Shown piece after piece: positions 56,101 through 64,000 of a DNA stretch of 64,000 bases. Every line of letters begins with the position of its first letter. The first letter of the stretch is position 1. The DNA comes from Candidatus Poseidoniales archaeon (GTDB lineage: Archaea; Thermoplasmatota; Poseidoniia; Poseidoniales; Thalassarchaeaceae). A program made the position numbers and the translations under genes. The notes beneath the pieces were generated by a model. The model did not search any database and was not told where the DNA came from. It saw nothing but the letters and a program-made list of their open reading frames with translations. The DNA is taken from the NCBI GenBank assembly GCA_012964335.1, contig DTUF01000033.1:27306-91305 (forward strand). The letters run 5' to 3'.

Positions 56101-56916
56101 TTATCTGAAGAATAGACGTAAACAGGTGAGTGAGCCGTCAGCACAACGAATGTGCTCCATGTCAATAGTTGTGACACTGAATCCATGTTGAGATAGTAAA
56201 TCCGCAGTTTTCGGGTAGCCTTCTGAGACGATTACACACCCATTTTCAAATCCAATCGTGTTTGCTGCGTAAGATTCTTCATTTGGCACCCAAATTATAT
56301 CGGCAGTAATCCCATCAAATTGTTCTGGACGCAAGTGCCCCTCTGCTGTGACTAGAATACCGGGTGCTGGTGAAGAACAGATAGTTGAAAGGTGAAGTGT
56401 AGACGATGGGACGTCAAAAACAAAAGTTTTGAACCCTCTCTTATGACATATATTTTCCATAAATTCGACACCCCTAGCATTTGTTCGTGTTGAACGACCA
56501 ATGAGGAAATAATCGTCATAAAAAACAACATCCCCACCATCTAATTTTGTCCCCTCTGGCATAACAATAGTTTCCAAATGTTGAGAAAGAGCTTCTTCAA
56601 TACTTCCAACTTCCCCTTGGCGACTCGGGTGGCCAAGATTACAGATTACCGCCGCACCATCTACGATAACAGCGGCATCTTCTACAAAACAACAATCAGG
56701 ATAATCTGCTAAGCTAGGAAGGATAGTAACTTCCAAACCATTATCCTGGAGGCAATTTACATAATTATCATGGGCTTGAATTGAAGCATCAACATCTGTT
56801 GGCCCAGTTCCAAAATAATTTGCTATAGCCTTAGGAAAATTTGGAGATATTTTACGAACCAAGACGCCCGCTCTACGGCGTCTACTCCAATCTTCCATCA
56901 TTTTCCCGGCTACCAT
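56101..56916 (-). CDS. Guanidino-group-modifying enzyme (dimethylarginine dimethylaminohydrolase/amidinotransferase-like).
   Basis: CFVEDAAV, LDGGDVVF...IGRSTRTN, TLHLSTICS, and the C-terminal catalytic-Cys region ADGSLTCLRL. Confidence 0.65.
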   Translation of the reverse strand: MVAGKMMEDWSRRRRAGVLVRKISPNFPKAIANYFGTGPTDVDASIQAHDNYVNCLQDNGLEVTILPSLADYPDCCFVEDAAVIVDGAAVICNLGHPSRQGEVGSIEEALSQHLETIVMPEGTKLDGGDVVFYDDYFLIGRSTRTNARGVEFMENICHKRGFKTFVFDVPSSTLHLSTICSSPAPGILVTAEGHLRPEQFDGITADIIWVPNEESYAANTIGFENGCVIVSEGYPKTADLLSQHGFSVTTIDMEHIRCADGSLTCLRLFFR

Positions 56917-56996
56917 TCAGGTCATAAGGGTTCGGAATCCGGAAACAACCCACCAACAAACGGAAACACGAACCACTATTGAAATAAAAAACTAAT

Positions 56997-57959
56997 TTAA
57001 TTTTCCAAACCTTCCAAAAGGTAGCACAGAATCAATGGTAAAACAATAGTTGCATCAGATTCAATGACGAATCGTGGGGTGTTGATACCCAACTTTTCCC
57101 AACTTATTTTTTCATTTGGGGGTGCGCCTGAATACCCACCATAGGAGGGGGTTGATTCGGAAATTTGTGCGAACCAACCCCATAATTCAACCTCATCACC
57201 TAGGTCCTGTCGCAACATTGGTACAACACAAATTGGGAAATCTCCAGCAACCCCTCCTCCGACTTGTAAAATACCTAGCGAATATCCTTGTTCGTGGTAC
57301 CAAGAAGCAATATCCCCCATCCTTTGTAAGTCAGTTGTGATGATATTGTCACTTGAAATTGTTCCATCTATTAATCGAGCGGAGAAAATATTTCCCAATG
57401 TGCTGTCAGCCCATGCTGGGGTAAAAATGGGGATTTGCATTTGTTGTGCTGCAACTAACCAACTATCCTCTGGATTAGCTTGAAATTCAATATCATCTGA
57501 ATTAATTACATCAAATAAGTAATGATGGGGTGGGTGGGTTTCGCCATTTTTTTCTGCTTTCAACCATTGTTGCAAAAGTATGCTTTCAACTACCCTAATT
57601 GCCTCAGATTCCGGAATACATGTATCAGTAACCCTGTTTAATCCTCTTTTTTGCAATTTCACATCATCTTCAGCAGTGAGATTCCGCCAATCTATTTTTT
57701 CATACGATTCATGAGCAATCAAATTGAACAAATCTTCTTCTAAATTTGCGCCTGTACATGAAATTGCGTGGACCAACCCTGCACGAATTGCTGGTGCTAA
57801 TGAGCGGCCGATTTCAGCGGTTGACATTGCCCCAGCAAGTGTGACAATTAGTTTCCCACCATGGCTAAGAAACTCCTCGAGCGAACGAACACAATCAGCT
57901 AGTGCACCGGAATTGAAATGGTGGTAATTTCGGTCAATAAATTGACGTACACCAGACAC
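56997..57959 (-). CDS. dys: Deoxyhypusine synthase (or DHS-like homospermidine synthase).
   Basis: ISCTGANLEEDLFN, VGGGVAGD, and the C-terminal EKISWEKL, which matches the catalytic-Lys region. Confidence 0.8.
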   Translation of the reverse strand: MSGVRQFIDRNYHHFNSGALADCVRSLEEFLSHGGKLIVTLAGAMSTAEIGRSLAPAIRAGLVHAISCTGANLEEDLFNLIAHESYEKIDWRNLTAEDDVKLQKRGLNRVTDTCIPESEAIRVVESILLQQWLKAEKNGETHPPHHYLFDVINSDDIEFQANPEDSWLVAAQQMQIPIFTPAWADSTLGNIFSARLIDGTISSDNIITTDLQRMGDIASWYHEQGYSLGILQVGGGVAGDFPICVVPMLRQDLGDEVELWGWFAQISESTPSYGGYSGAPPNEKISWEKLGINTPRFVIESDATIVLPLILCYLLEGLEN

Positions 57960-57963
57960 CTAA

Positions 57964-58392
57964 TCACTCCTTGTTTTGGGATAGATCATCGTGGAGAAAA
58001 CGTTGGACCACATTACGATTCATTAATTTCAAGTTTTCACAACCAGCAATCAGTTTAGCATGGATAACATCAGCTAAATCGTTTGGGTCATGGGCCCCAC
58101 AAGTGAAAGCATCAATTGCTAACCACCCCTTTTCAGAGTAACAGTGTGCGGTGACGTGACTCTCATCAATTAGTACAATTGCAGCAAATCCAGGAGGGCT
58201 TTCATCGCCATTAAAAACCTCACAATGAGCGTGTACTTCTTTGACGCCACATTCGTTTACACTTGACCGCAGTAGTGACAATACCCAATCATCTACACCT
58301 TCAACTTTAGGATTGAAATTGACGTAGTCAAGGTAGACATGTCGCCCATGGGCGAGCCTTACGTCCGAGTCACCAGTCAGCCTGTTCACCAC
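57964..58392 (-). CDS. speH: Pyruvoyl-dependent S-adenosylmethionine decarboxylase proenzyme family (SpeH-type). An arginine decarboxylase paralogue is also possible.
   Basis: Self-processing site LIDESHVTAHCYSE and downstream AIDAFTCG. Confidence 0.78.
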   Translation of the reverse strand: MVNRLTGDSDVRLAHGRHVYLDYVNFNPKVEGVDDWVLSLLRSSVNECGVKEVHAHCEVFNGDESPPGFAAIVLIDESHVTAHCYSEKGWLAIDAFTCGAHDPNDLADVIHAKLIAGCENLKLMNRNVVQRFLHDDLSQNKE

Positions 58393-58412
58393 TTACCGCG
58401 AGGTGGGCTGAT

Positions 58413-58425
58413 ATTTCAATTCAAC
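58413..58425 (-). promoter_or_regulatory. Putative promoter element (minus-strand GTTGAATTGAAAT) upstream of speH.
   Basis: Lies 21-33 nt upstream of the speH ATG. An identical 13-mer lies at promoter distance from tRNA-Leu. Confidence 0.35.
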
Positions 58426-58483
58426 ACTGTTCGTAAATAACAGATAACCACCTAATTATGGTGTAGTCAAGTGTGTGTTTTGA

Positions 58484-58567
58484 TGCAGAGGGCAGGATTT
58501 GAACCTGCGAACCACTGAGGACTGGGACCTCATCCCAGCGCCGTTGACCAAGCTTGGCAACCCCTGC
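58484..58567 (-). tRNA. tRNA-Leu (anticodon GAG), class II with a long variable arm.
   Basis: The reverse complement is GCAGGGGTTGCCAAGC...CTGGG-ATGAGGT-CCCAG-TCCTCAGTGGTTC-GCAGG-TTCAAAT-CCTGC-CCTCTGC-A. Confidence 0.9.
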
Positions 58568-58592
58568 GTAAGGTGAACGGAGTAACAGTTTG

Positions 58593-58605
58593 ATTTCAAT
58601 TCAAC
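58593..58605 (-). promoter_or_regulatory. Putative promoter element (minus-strand GTTGAATTGAAAT) upstream of tRNA-Leu.
   Basis: Lies 26-38 nt upstream of the mature tRNA 5' end at 58567, the expected BRE/TATA position. Confidence 0.4.
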
Positions 58606-58695
58606 GGTTATGCATATTTACTGTGTGTGAGAGTGTCTGTATTCCGCCTTGCTCAAGTAGGGAATACCTACCCGCGCAACTCAGAAGGTGAGACT

Positions 58696-59790
58696 TTGGC
58701 TGATAAAATTCCGCTCGGTCGAATGTTCATCAATGATGAGATGCGAGAGGTTGTAAGCGACGTTCTTGATTCAGGAAGATGGATAAAAGGTCCTCATTCC
58801 AAAGCATTTGGAGCAGAATGGGCGGCATACTGCGGCGCTCTCGCAGGAACCCCATGCTCAAATGGTTCAACCGCACTAATCGCAGCATTGCGGCTACTCA
58901 ATGTTGGGCATGGAGATGAAGTAATTGTTCCATCACACACTTTCATTGCTAGCGCTACTTGTATTGACCAAGTTGGCGCAACCCCTGTTTTTGTTGATGT
59001 TGAGGAAGATTATCACACACTTTGTCCCGATGAAGTTGAGAAGGCAATTACAGACTCAACAAAAGCAATCATCGCAGTCCATCTGTATGGGCAACCAATT
59101 TCACAACGCGTGTTTGAAATCGCAAAGAGTCACGATATTCCATTGATTGAAGATTCAGCCCAAGCTCACGGTGCAGAACTCAACGGTCAGAGAATTGGTA
59201 GCATAGGGGATTTGGCAACATTCTCATTTTTTCCAAGTAAGAACATGGCAGTTGGTGGTGATGGTGGCTCAATATTAGCAAACCGCGAAGATTTAGCGGA
59301 CAAAATTAGTATGGCAATAGATCATGGCCGTTTGGATAAATATCGTCATGATTTCCTTGGCTCAAATTTTCGTCTTTCAGAAATGCAATGTGCGGTAGGT
59401 CGTGTTCAACTCAAACACCTAGATGACTGGGTTGTTCGCCGTAATCAGATTGCTGCCCGATATAATGAGGCATTTTCATCTCTTGAATGGACCAGCCCTC
59501 CAGCAATTCGTGAAGGTGCATTACACGCTTGGCATCAGTACGTTTTGCGAGTGGACAATCGTGAAGATTTCCAGGCACACATGGATGAGCAAGGTGTTTC
59601 AACAGGAATTCACTACCCAATCCCCTGCCACCGCCAACCGCTGTACGAGAGTCACCCACAACACCAAGAGGGCTCGTTACCCATTACCGAAGCAATCTGT
59701 GCGAGTGTAGTTTCAATTCCAGTTCATCCCCACTTAACTGATGAGGAAGTTGAGCAGGTTATTTCTGCAGTCAAGTCATTTCAGTCTTAA
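58696..59790 (+). CDS. DegT/DnrJ/EryC1-family PLP-dependent sugar aminotransferase.
   Basis: IPLGRMFINDEMREVVSDVLDSGRWIKGP, DSAQAHGA, FSFFPSKNM (PLP Lys) and NFRLSEMQCAVG. The start is uncertain: TTG 58696 follows GGTGA, ATG 58723 is possible, and the track starts at 58627. Confidence 0.82.
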   Translation: MADKIPLGRMFINDEMREVVSDVLDSGRWIKGPHSKAFGAEWAAYCGALAGTPCSNGSTALIAALRLLNVGHGDEVIVPSHTFIASATCIDQVGATPVFVDVEEDYHTLCPDEVEKAITDSTKAIIAVHLYGQPISQRVFEIAKSHDIPLIEDSAQAHGAELNGQRIGSIGDLATFSFFPSKNMAVGGDGGSILANREDLADKISMAIDHGRLDKYRHDFLGSNFRLSEMQCAVGRVQLKHLDDWVVRRNQIAARYNEAFSSLEWTSPPAIREGALHAWHQYVLRVDNREDFQAHMDEQGVSTGIHYPIPCHRQPLYESHPQHQEGSLPITEAICASVVSIPVHPHLTDEEVEQVISAVKSFQS

Positions 59791-60310
59791 ATGGGCGCGG
59801 AAAATTTGCTAGCGCCTGGTTGGACCACACATCATCTTGCCCAGTAAGTTCACGACTAATCCAATCTGGTTTGGAGATTGGGTAATCGGGGGTTGGGATT
59901 TCGATTTCAGCGATGATTAAGCCCGAGTTTTTCCCTTCAAAAAAGTCAATTTCCCAAAACAAATTATCATTTGTTGGGATTTTGTAGCGAGTTTTTTCAA
60001 CGCTTGGATATTTTCCGGAACGAACAATTTCAAGCACAGATTCAATTGGTATTTCGCGTTCAAACTCCAATCTTGATGGTCCATCTGAATGGTTTTTTGC
60101 CGTGGTGATAGCGGTATTCCCATGCACTCGAAATCGGTATGCAGAGAGTGGGTCAGCTAACACCTGTTCTAATTCACTAATTTCTCCGGGCCAATACTTT
60201 AGCCAAACCTCAGACGGCAGATAACATTGAATCATCTTTACTCCATTTCCGAGTGAGGGTAGTAACGACGAATCTTCAATCAGAAATTTTCGCTCAATTT
60301 CAATACCCAC
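59771..60310 (-). CDS. CYTH-domain (triphosphate tunnel metalloenzyme) protein.
   Basis: N-terminal IEIERKFLI (the ExExK signature). 179 aa. GTG start. Confidence 0.75.
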   Translation of the reverse strand: MGIEIERKFLIEDSSLLPSLGNGVKMIQCYLPSEVWLKYWPGEISELEQVLADPLSAYRFRVHGNTAITTAKNHSDGPSRLEFEREIPIESVLEIVRSGKYPSVEKTRYKIPTNDNLFWEIDFFEGKNSGLIIAEIEIPTPDYPISKPDWISRELTGQDDVWSNQALANFPRPFKTEMT

Positions 60311-60396
60311 GCAATCACTCCAAGTCCTGCCATTACCCCTTCACAGTCAATCTTTCGGGCGTGGCGTTGAAGTGTCAACCGCTTGAGGCACATGAC

Positions 60397-60855
60397 ATGG
60401 GGGAACCCCGCCGCATCCAATCAGGAATTGTAGATGTAGAGTTCGGAGAAGGCGTCACAGTCATCGAACCAGTCAATATTTATGGTTGCAAAATTGCCGA
60501 TAACGTGTTTGTCGGGCCGTTTGTTGAAATTCAAAAAGATGTTACTGTAGGCGCTAGAACAAGAATTCAATCGCACGCATTCATCTGTGAGTTAGTAACA
60601 ATTGGTGAAGATTGTTTCATTTCCCATGGTGCGAAGTTCATCAACGACCCATTCAAAATCGGAGGCCCAGCAAGAGGCGATAAAACTCAATGGGATGAAA
60701 CCAATATTGGTGACCGAGTTTCAATCGGCACAAATGCTACAATAATGCCTGTTTCCATCTGCGATGATGTTGTCATCGGCGCAGGAGCTGTTGTTACCAA
60801 AGATATCACCGAATCGGCCACTTACGTTGGTAATCCAGCTAGAAAACTAAAATAA
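60397..60855 (+). CDS. Left-handed beta-helix (hexapeptide) sugar N-/O-acetyltransferase.
   Basis: Hexapeptide repeats (IADNVFVGPFVEIQKDVTVGARTRI..., IGTNATIMPVSICDDVVIGAGAVV). ATG 60397 removes the overlap with the CYTH gene. The track ORF starts at 60253. Confidence 0.8.
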   Translation: MGEPRRIQSGIVDVEFGEGVTVIEPVNIYGCKIADNVFVGPFVEIQKDVTVGARTRIQSHAFICELVTIGEDCFISHGAKFINDPFKIGGPARGDKTQWDETNIGDRVSIGTNATIMPVSICDDVVIGAGAVVTKDITESATYVGNPARKLK

Positions 60856-60914
60856 ATGTCTGAAGAAGATTCAGAAATGGCAACAGAATGAATAACCAAA
60901 CAGGTAAATTCAAC

Positions 60915-61835
60915 TCAAAATGGGAGAGTTTTGTCAAGCCGTTCAACCATCTCAACATACCTATTTGTGTGTTCAGTTCCTGGTATTTTTATGACGAATT
61001 GCCAATACCTCCATGCTGCAACAGCCAATACAGAATATCGATGTAGGTCGGGAAGCGCAGCTCTTTCAGCATCACTCAGGGGCCGAACAGATTCGTAGCC
61101 GGCAAGTAGCGAATGCCATAATTCACTGTCAGGCAGACCTTCTTCCCATCCAAATCCAACGAATGTTGTAACCAAATCCATAGCTAGTGATTCAATGCAA
61201 ATTTCTTCAAAATCTAGTATTGCTCGCACCTCACCTTCTACCCCAATCACATTGTCGGGATAGAGGTCCCCGTGAATAATTCCACGAGGTAAATCATCTG
61301 GAATACTTTCCTTTAATGCCACCATTTCTGTTTGCAACAATTCAATAAATGGTGTGGTAGTATTATTTTTCTTTGCATCATCAATAATTCGTTGCCAAAG
61401 AACATATCCAATTGAAAAAGTTGAAGAAATCCCATCACAAATTGGTACCTTGTGCAGATTTGCCTGCACCTTTCCCAAATCATAGAGTGATTTAGGGTCT
61501 GAAGGAAGCCATCCACCACTCACGAACGGCATTAGCATCCACGCTTGCCCATTCTTGACAACCATTCTTTCACCATTTTTTAGAATTAATGGGTTTGGTG
61601 TAGGAACCCCATGCTTTTCCAGCCAACAACATTGTTCAATTATGTTCTCAACTTCCACAGGGGGGCGCTCATCCCAGACTTTCAAAACCAGTTCGGTTTC
61701 ATCTGCTAAGGTGACTAAATAATTTGAATTTGCCCAGCCACCCTTAAGTGGTGTTATTTCTCTTAATTTAGCAATGTTTGCTAAGTTAACAAGGGCAGAA
61801 GCCTCGTCGAATGAGACTTCAGTATAAGCCATCAC
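60915..61835 (-). CDS. APH/choline-kinase-fold phosphotransferase (aminoglycoside phosphotransferase/homoserine kinase II-like).
   Basis: IHGDLYPDNV (HxDxxxxN) and ILDFEE (the DxE/DFG equivalent). Confidence 0.7.
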   Translation of the reverse strand: MMAYTEVSFDEASALVNLANIAKLREITPLKGGWANSNYLVTLADETELVLKVWDERPPVEVENIIEQCCWLEKHGVPTPNPLILKNGERMVVKNGQAWMLMPFVSGGWLPSDPKSLYDLGKVQANLHKVPICDGISSTFSIGYVLWQRIIDDAKKNNTTTPFIELLQTEMVALKESIPDDLPRGIIHGDLYPDNVIGVEGEVRAILDFEEICIESLAMDLVTTFVGFGWEEGLPDSELWHSLLAGYESVRPLSDAERAALPDLHRYSVLAVAAWRYWQFVIKIPGTEHTNRYVEMVERLDKTLPF

Positions 61836-63097
61836 AAGCCCTCAGAGAACTCCTTGATGACCGAGCGAAAGGCAGCAATAGAACGCCGATGGTCAACAAT
61901 CCCAGCATGTTTCCTTGCTAATTCACCCAACTCTTCTCGTTGGGTGTATGTGGTACGTAGGGCATTAACCCAAGCATCCAAATCAGCTGTTTTGTCAACA
62001 ATCATTCCACCCTCGCCAACTGCTTCAGGTTGGCTACCTATTGATATCGAAACAGAGGGAACACCAAACAACCCTGCCTCGTTGATGACTCGGCCCCAAG
62101 AACCAGTTGAAACTACTGTTAGGAGATGAACATCACAACGGCTGAAGACCTCACTTACAGAAGTGTGTCCATGCCATGTGGTATTGTCAAACTTGCCCAA
62201 TTCCTCAGCGTAAGCGCCACCCCCATAAACGTCAATCCGTGCTTCTGGCCAGAGGCTAGAGAGATGAGGTAAAAGGCGTTGGTAGAACTCATATCCCTTC
62301 TCAGGGGTCACACCGACAATTGAAATTCTTGGGATGTCAATATCATTATTTTTAACACGATTTGAAAGTCCCGCCGCCCTAGTTGTTTCAATTTCTTCAA
62401 TAGTTCCAAACCTGCTTGCGAAATCTACTGGTAGGCGAACATTTCTGATGGCTTTTACTTTGAATGTGCTAGCAACTTGTTGACCTAACCCTTCGCCTGC
62501 ACAGCATACTGCGGCAGCGCCCTCTAAACTTGACCGATAAAGATCAGGCTGAATGAATTGTAATTCATCTCTCACGAAAACCAAATATGGGATATTCAAT
62601 TCTTTGAAAACTTCTGACGCGCCTGCTGACCAATGTAATTGGGTGACACCAATCACAGGCAACCCACTCCTTTCAGTTTGTTCCTTTTCCTCGGCAATTT
62701 TCACCTTCAATAGCTTGGCAAATTTCTTGTTACAGTTTCTCAAATGCCGACTTTGAAACCATGAATTTGGTTGTCCACTTTTGCCTCTAAGACGCCAAGC
62801 AATCCCTGACCAAAAATCTTCAATTTTAAGATTAACACCTATCCTTTCTAATTCTGAATCTGAGGTGAGAAGAGTTGCTTCACCGCGTGCATTGGATTGG
62901 AATATTTTTGCCCGCCACGCTTGTTGAAGTAGCGCAGGGTCGACATGAGGCGCTTCATGACTTGGTAAATAGAGGACTTCAGCTTCAGAAAGTGGTCCAG
63001 GCTCGCACACCCCTTTGAGTAGTGTAGCGAGACTCATCTCGGCACCACCGGCTGGAGGGTCCAGGTCCCGAACAGCAGCAATTAACAGCCCGACCAT
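61832..63097 (-). CDS. Probable GT-B glycosyltransferase (GT4-like, divergent).
   Basis: N-terminal PPAGGAEMSLATLL and C-terminal GSWGRVINEAGLFGVPSVSISIGSQPEAVGEGG. Overlaps the downstream gene by 4 nt. Confidence 0.5.
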   Translation of the reverse strand: MVGLLIAAVRDLDPPAGGAEMSLATLLKGVCEPGPLSEAEVLYLPSHEAPHVDPALLQQAWRAKIFQSNARGEATLLTSDSELERIGVNLKIEDFWSGIAWRLRGKSGQPNSWFQSRHLRNCNKKFAKLLKVKIAEEKEQTERSGLPVIGVTQLHWSAGASEVFKELNIPYLVFVRDELQFIQPDLYRSSLEGAAAVCCAGEGLGQQVASTFKVKAIRNVRLPVDFASRFGTIEEIETTRAAGLSNRVKNNDIDIPRISIVGVTPEKGYEFYQRLLPHLSSLWPEARIDVYGGGAYAEELGKFDNTTWHGHTSVSEVFSRCDVHLLTVVSTGSWGRVINEAGLFGVPSVSISIGSQPEAVGEGGMIVDKTADLDAWVNALRTTYTQREELGELARKHAGIVDHRRSIAAFRSVIKEFSEGL

Positions 63098-63198
63098 GAT
63101 TTCCGCTTCAACTCACCCTATATCAGACAAACCACCGGCTTGAGTCATCAAAAGGGCATTCCGGTAGCGTGAAAGAGGGGGGCAGGTTCGCCCGGTCA

Positions 63199-64000
63199 AT
63201 GAGTTTGAAGATAGCAGTGGTCGGAACCGGCTATTGGGGGCGTAACCACGTCCGTACTCTTGCCGCTTTGAAATCAAGTGGCATAATATCTGATCTAATT
63301 GTATGTGATGTTGATGCAGAGCGTGCTGAAGGTATGGCATCAGAGTTTGATTGTCAGTGGTGTACAGATGCTAACGAACTCAAATCCCTAGGGGTTGGAG
63401 CCGCAACAATTGCTACACCAACTCCTCAACATGCTCCATTAGCAATTTCATTGATGGAACAAGGGATTGATGTCCTAGTTGAAAAACCATTAGCAATGAG
63501 TGAAGAGGAGGCCAAAGAAGTTCTAGATTGTGCAGAAAAAACTGGCCGTGTCTTGATGGTTGGCCATTTATTCCGATATCACGCTGCTGTGCGCAAAGCA
63601 GCAGAACTCATCGCCGACGGCACACTTGGCCCAATTCTTCACATTGAATCAGACCGCCTTTCCGTGAGGGAGCCAAGACCAGACATTGGAGTTATTGCGG
63701 CTTTAGCAATTCATGATATGGACATCATGAAGGATTTGATGGGTGATATTGAACCAAACAAAATAAATTGTTTGGCTTTACCCTCTGACAACCCAAAAAT
63801 TGAGGACCATGCAATCATTGAGATGGCTTTCCCAGAAAATTCAGGAGGCAACCTAAATGGTGTTTCAGCAGTAGTAACTGTATCATGGCGAAGCAGAATC
63901 CAAGGCAAAGTCAGGGTGTTGCGAATAATTGGCCAGGACGCATCTTTGGCTATTGATTACCTTGACCACTCAGGATTATGGATTCACCACCACCCCAATA
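63199..64000 (+). CDS. Gfo/Idh/MocA-family NAD-dependent sugar oxidoreductase, 3'-truncated by the window edge.
   Basis: It is absent from the ORF track because no stop lies in the window. Hand translation from ATG 63199 gives MSLKIAVVGTGYWGRNHVRTL...ATPTPQHAPLAISLMEQGIDVLVEKPLA...MVGHLFRYH, open to position 64000. Confidence 0.8.
   Translation, partial: MSLKIAVVGTGYWGRNHVRTLAALKSSGIISDLIVCDVDAERAEGMASEFDCQWCTDANELKSLGVGAATIATPTPQHAPLAISLMEQGIDVLVEKPLAMSEEEAKEVLDCAEKTGRVLMVGHLFRYHAAVRKAAELIADGTLGPILHIESDRLSVREPRPDIGVIAALAIHDMDIMKDLMGDIEPNKINCLALPSDNPKIEDHAIIEMAFPENSGGNLNGVSAVVTVSWRSRIQGKVRVLRIIGQDASLAIDYLDHSGLWIHHHPN

Noticed and set aside
58413-58605. Direct repeats flanking tRNA-Leu interpreted as att sites of an integrated element.
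   Set aside because: The repeats enclose only about 180 nt (the tRNA itself), no integrase or cargo is present, and their spacing fits promoter positions better.
1-64000. Search for CRISPR arrays, IS elements, integrases, toxin-antitoxin pairs or known defence-system genes.
   Set aside because: I saw no regularly spaced short repeats, terminal inverted repeats, transposase or integrase motifs, or defence-type domain combinations. The only tandem repeats are intragenic, in the adhesin.

Overview
This is a tightly packed chromosomal segment with about 60 protein genes, 3 tRNAs and very short intergenic gaps. I saw no rRNA, CRISPR array, transposase, integrase or obvious prophage. The gene content is archaeal: replication factor C, prefoldin alpha, ribosomal protein LX, diphthine synthase, deoxyhypusine synthase, GGGP synthase, geranylgeranyl reductase and a beta-CASP RNase. 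Mixed in are bacterial-looking genes (UvrA, a PlsC-like acyltransferase, MoeA), giant secreted adhesin-like proteins and secreted peptidases. By inference this fits an uncultured planktonic marine euryarchaeote of the Marine Group II/Poseidoniales type; no search was run. GGAGGTGA-type Shine-Dalgarno sequences precede many starts, and many gene pairs have overlapping or abutting stop and start codons. Two genes are missing from the ORF track only because they run off the window edges: 1-3420 on the minus strand and 63199-64000 on the plus strand. The most interesting items are these. (1) A membrane-anchored subtilase, a MamK-like actin and a long coiled-coil protein form a tight string; the actin start overlaps the protease stop (35.2-39.9 kb), and this is my best candidate for an undescribed cytoskeletal module. 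(2) A G10 homopolymer splits the FAD-binding fingerprint of geranylgeranyl reductase across two reading frames (22139-22148). (3) A glycerolipid acyltransferase sits in a genome segment that also encodes the ether-lipid enzymes. (4) A speH-dys-amidinohydrolase cluster and two surface-glycan clusters are present, one containing a sugar kinase/nucleotidyltransferase fusion. (5) A 13-nt element is repeated on both sides of tRNA-Leu at promoter distance. All family assignments come from motif recognition by eye and need HMM/BLAST confirmation.
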